A stretch of 64,000 nt of DNA, from contig JBAVTG010000216.1 of the NCBI GenBank assembly GCA_049696015.1, positions 504 through 64,503 on the forward strand. The letters are read 5' to 3'. The position numbers were made by a program, and so were the translations under genes. This document shows, in pieces, positions 63,636 through 64,000 of this stretch; position 1 is the first letter of the stretch, and each line of letters begins with the position of its first letter. The notes under the pieces are model-generated. The model saw nothing but the letters and a program-made list of their open reading frames with translations, did not search any database and was not told the DNA's origin. The stretch is from Rhizobiaceae bacterium (GTDB taxonomy: Bacteria; Pseudomonadota; Alphaproteobacteria; Rhizobiales; Rhizobiaceae).

Positions 63636-64000
63636 TCAAGACGTATCCAGCGCATTGAGCACATCATTTGCCAGCCCGTGACACTCGCGAAGGACGGTGT
63701 CGATCTGATGGATCTTGCGCTGGCGCCAACCGGGCGGCAGGCCGGGGCGGATGGGGGAGATGCGGGTAGGGCGTTGGGCTTTCAGCAGCGCATCGCGCTT
63801 TGCTTGCCAGCGAACCAGCCGGCGAGCCTGGCGCGGCAAGTCGTCGAGCGCGCGCATCAGCGCATTGAGGCGAAGGCCGATGCGCTTCGCATCGACGGGT
63901 TTCGGGCCGGCAATCGCCGCTTGACCGGCGGCCAAGCGACCGAATGGCTGCACGGCGCTGCCGAAGGCATGGCTGGCCTGATCCCAAAGGTTTTCACCAT
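63636..64000 (-). CDS. C-terminal part of a hypothetical protein (5' end beyond the right window edge)
   Basis: The frame of the 105-aa track ORF remains open upstream to position 64000 (...GENLWDQASHAFGSAVQPFGRLAAG...). The C-terminus RLVRWQAKRDALLKAQRPTRISPIRPGLPPGWRQRKIHQIDTVLRECHGLA looks like a conserved alphaproteobacterial motif that I cannot name. Confidence 0.4.
   Translation of the reverse strand, partial: GENLWDQASHAFGSAVQPFGRLAAGQAAIAGPKPVDAKRIGLRLNALMRALDDLPRQARRLVRWQAKRDALLKAQRPTRISPIRPGLPPGWRQRKIHQIDTVLRECHGLANDVLNALDTS

Overview
High-GC, alphaproteobacterial-looking (Rhizobiales-like) segment of a repABC replicon (plasmid or chromid). Left end: a partial DUF1612-like gene; repC-repB-repA on the minus strand with a candidate counter-transcribed RNA and three identical 16-bp parS palindromes; a DUF1353 lipoprotein gene; and a SARP/BTAD regulator. 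Centre (about 8.2-45.1 kb): one co-directional, translationally coupled block of 22 plus-strand genes encoding a phage-tail-like contractile injection system (eCIS / Afp / PVC-like). Recognisable parts are a DUF4255 cap-like protein, two sheath paralogues, two gp19-type tube proteins, a tube-initiator-like protein, a gpD-like hub, a gpV/gp5 spike, gp25, gpJ, gpI and an AAA+ ATPase. Non-canonical parts are a 517-aa protein with a hydrophobic C-terminal tail inside the spike/baseplate module, three consecutive paralogous unknowns (295/708/1309 aa), two more unknowns flanking the ATPase, and a 2842-aa giant protein. The giant protein's C-terminus looks like a PD-(D/E)xK nuclease toxin and is followed by an overlapping candidate immunity gene. 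Convergent to this locus (45.2-50.8 kb, minus strand) is a tight, visibly more AT-rich operon of four signal-less hydrolases: S8 protease, ComEC-type MBL, patatin-like lipase and amidase_2+SH3b. It is bordered by a decayed luciferase-like monooxygenase remnant. Right end: a sugar-catabolism cluster (SDR, SAF-type oxidoreductase, FGGY kinase, SorC regulator, fucose-isomerase-like), HU, a nucleotidyltransferase-fold gene with a repeated 29-nt operator-like palindrome, ppsA and a partial minus-strand ORF. I recognised no rRNA, tRNA, CRISPR array, transposase or integrase. All family calls are from motif recognition by eye; no searches were run.
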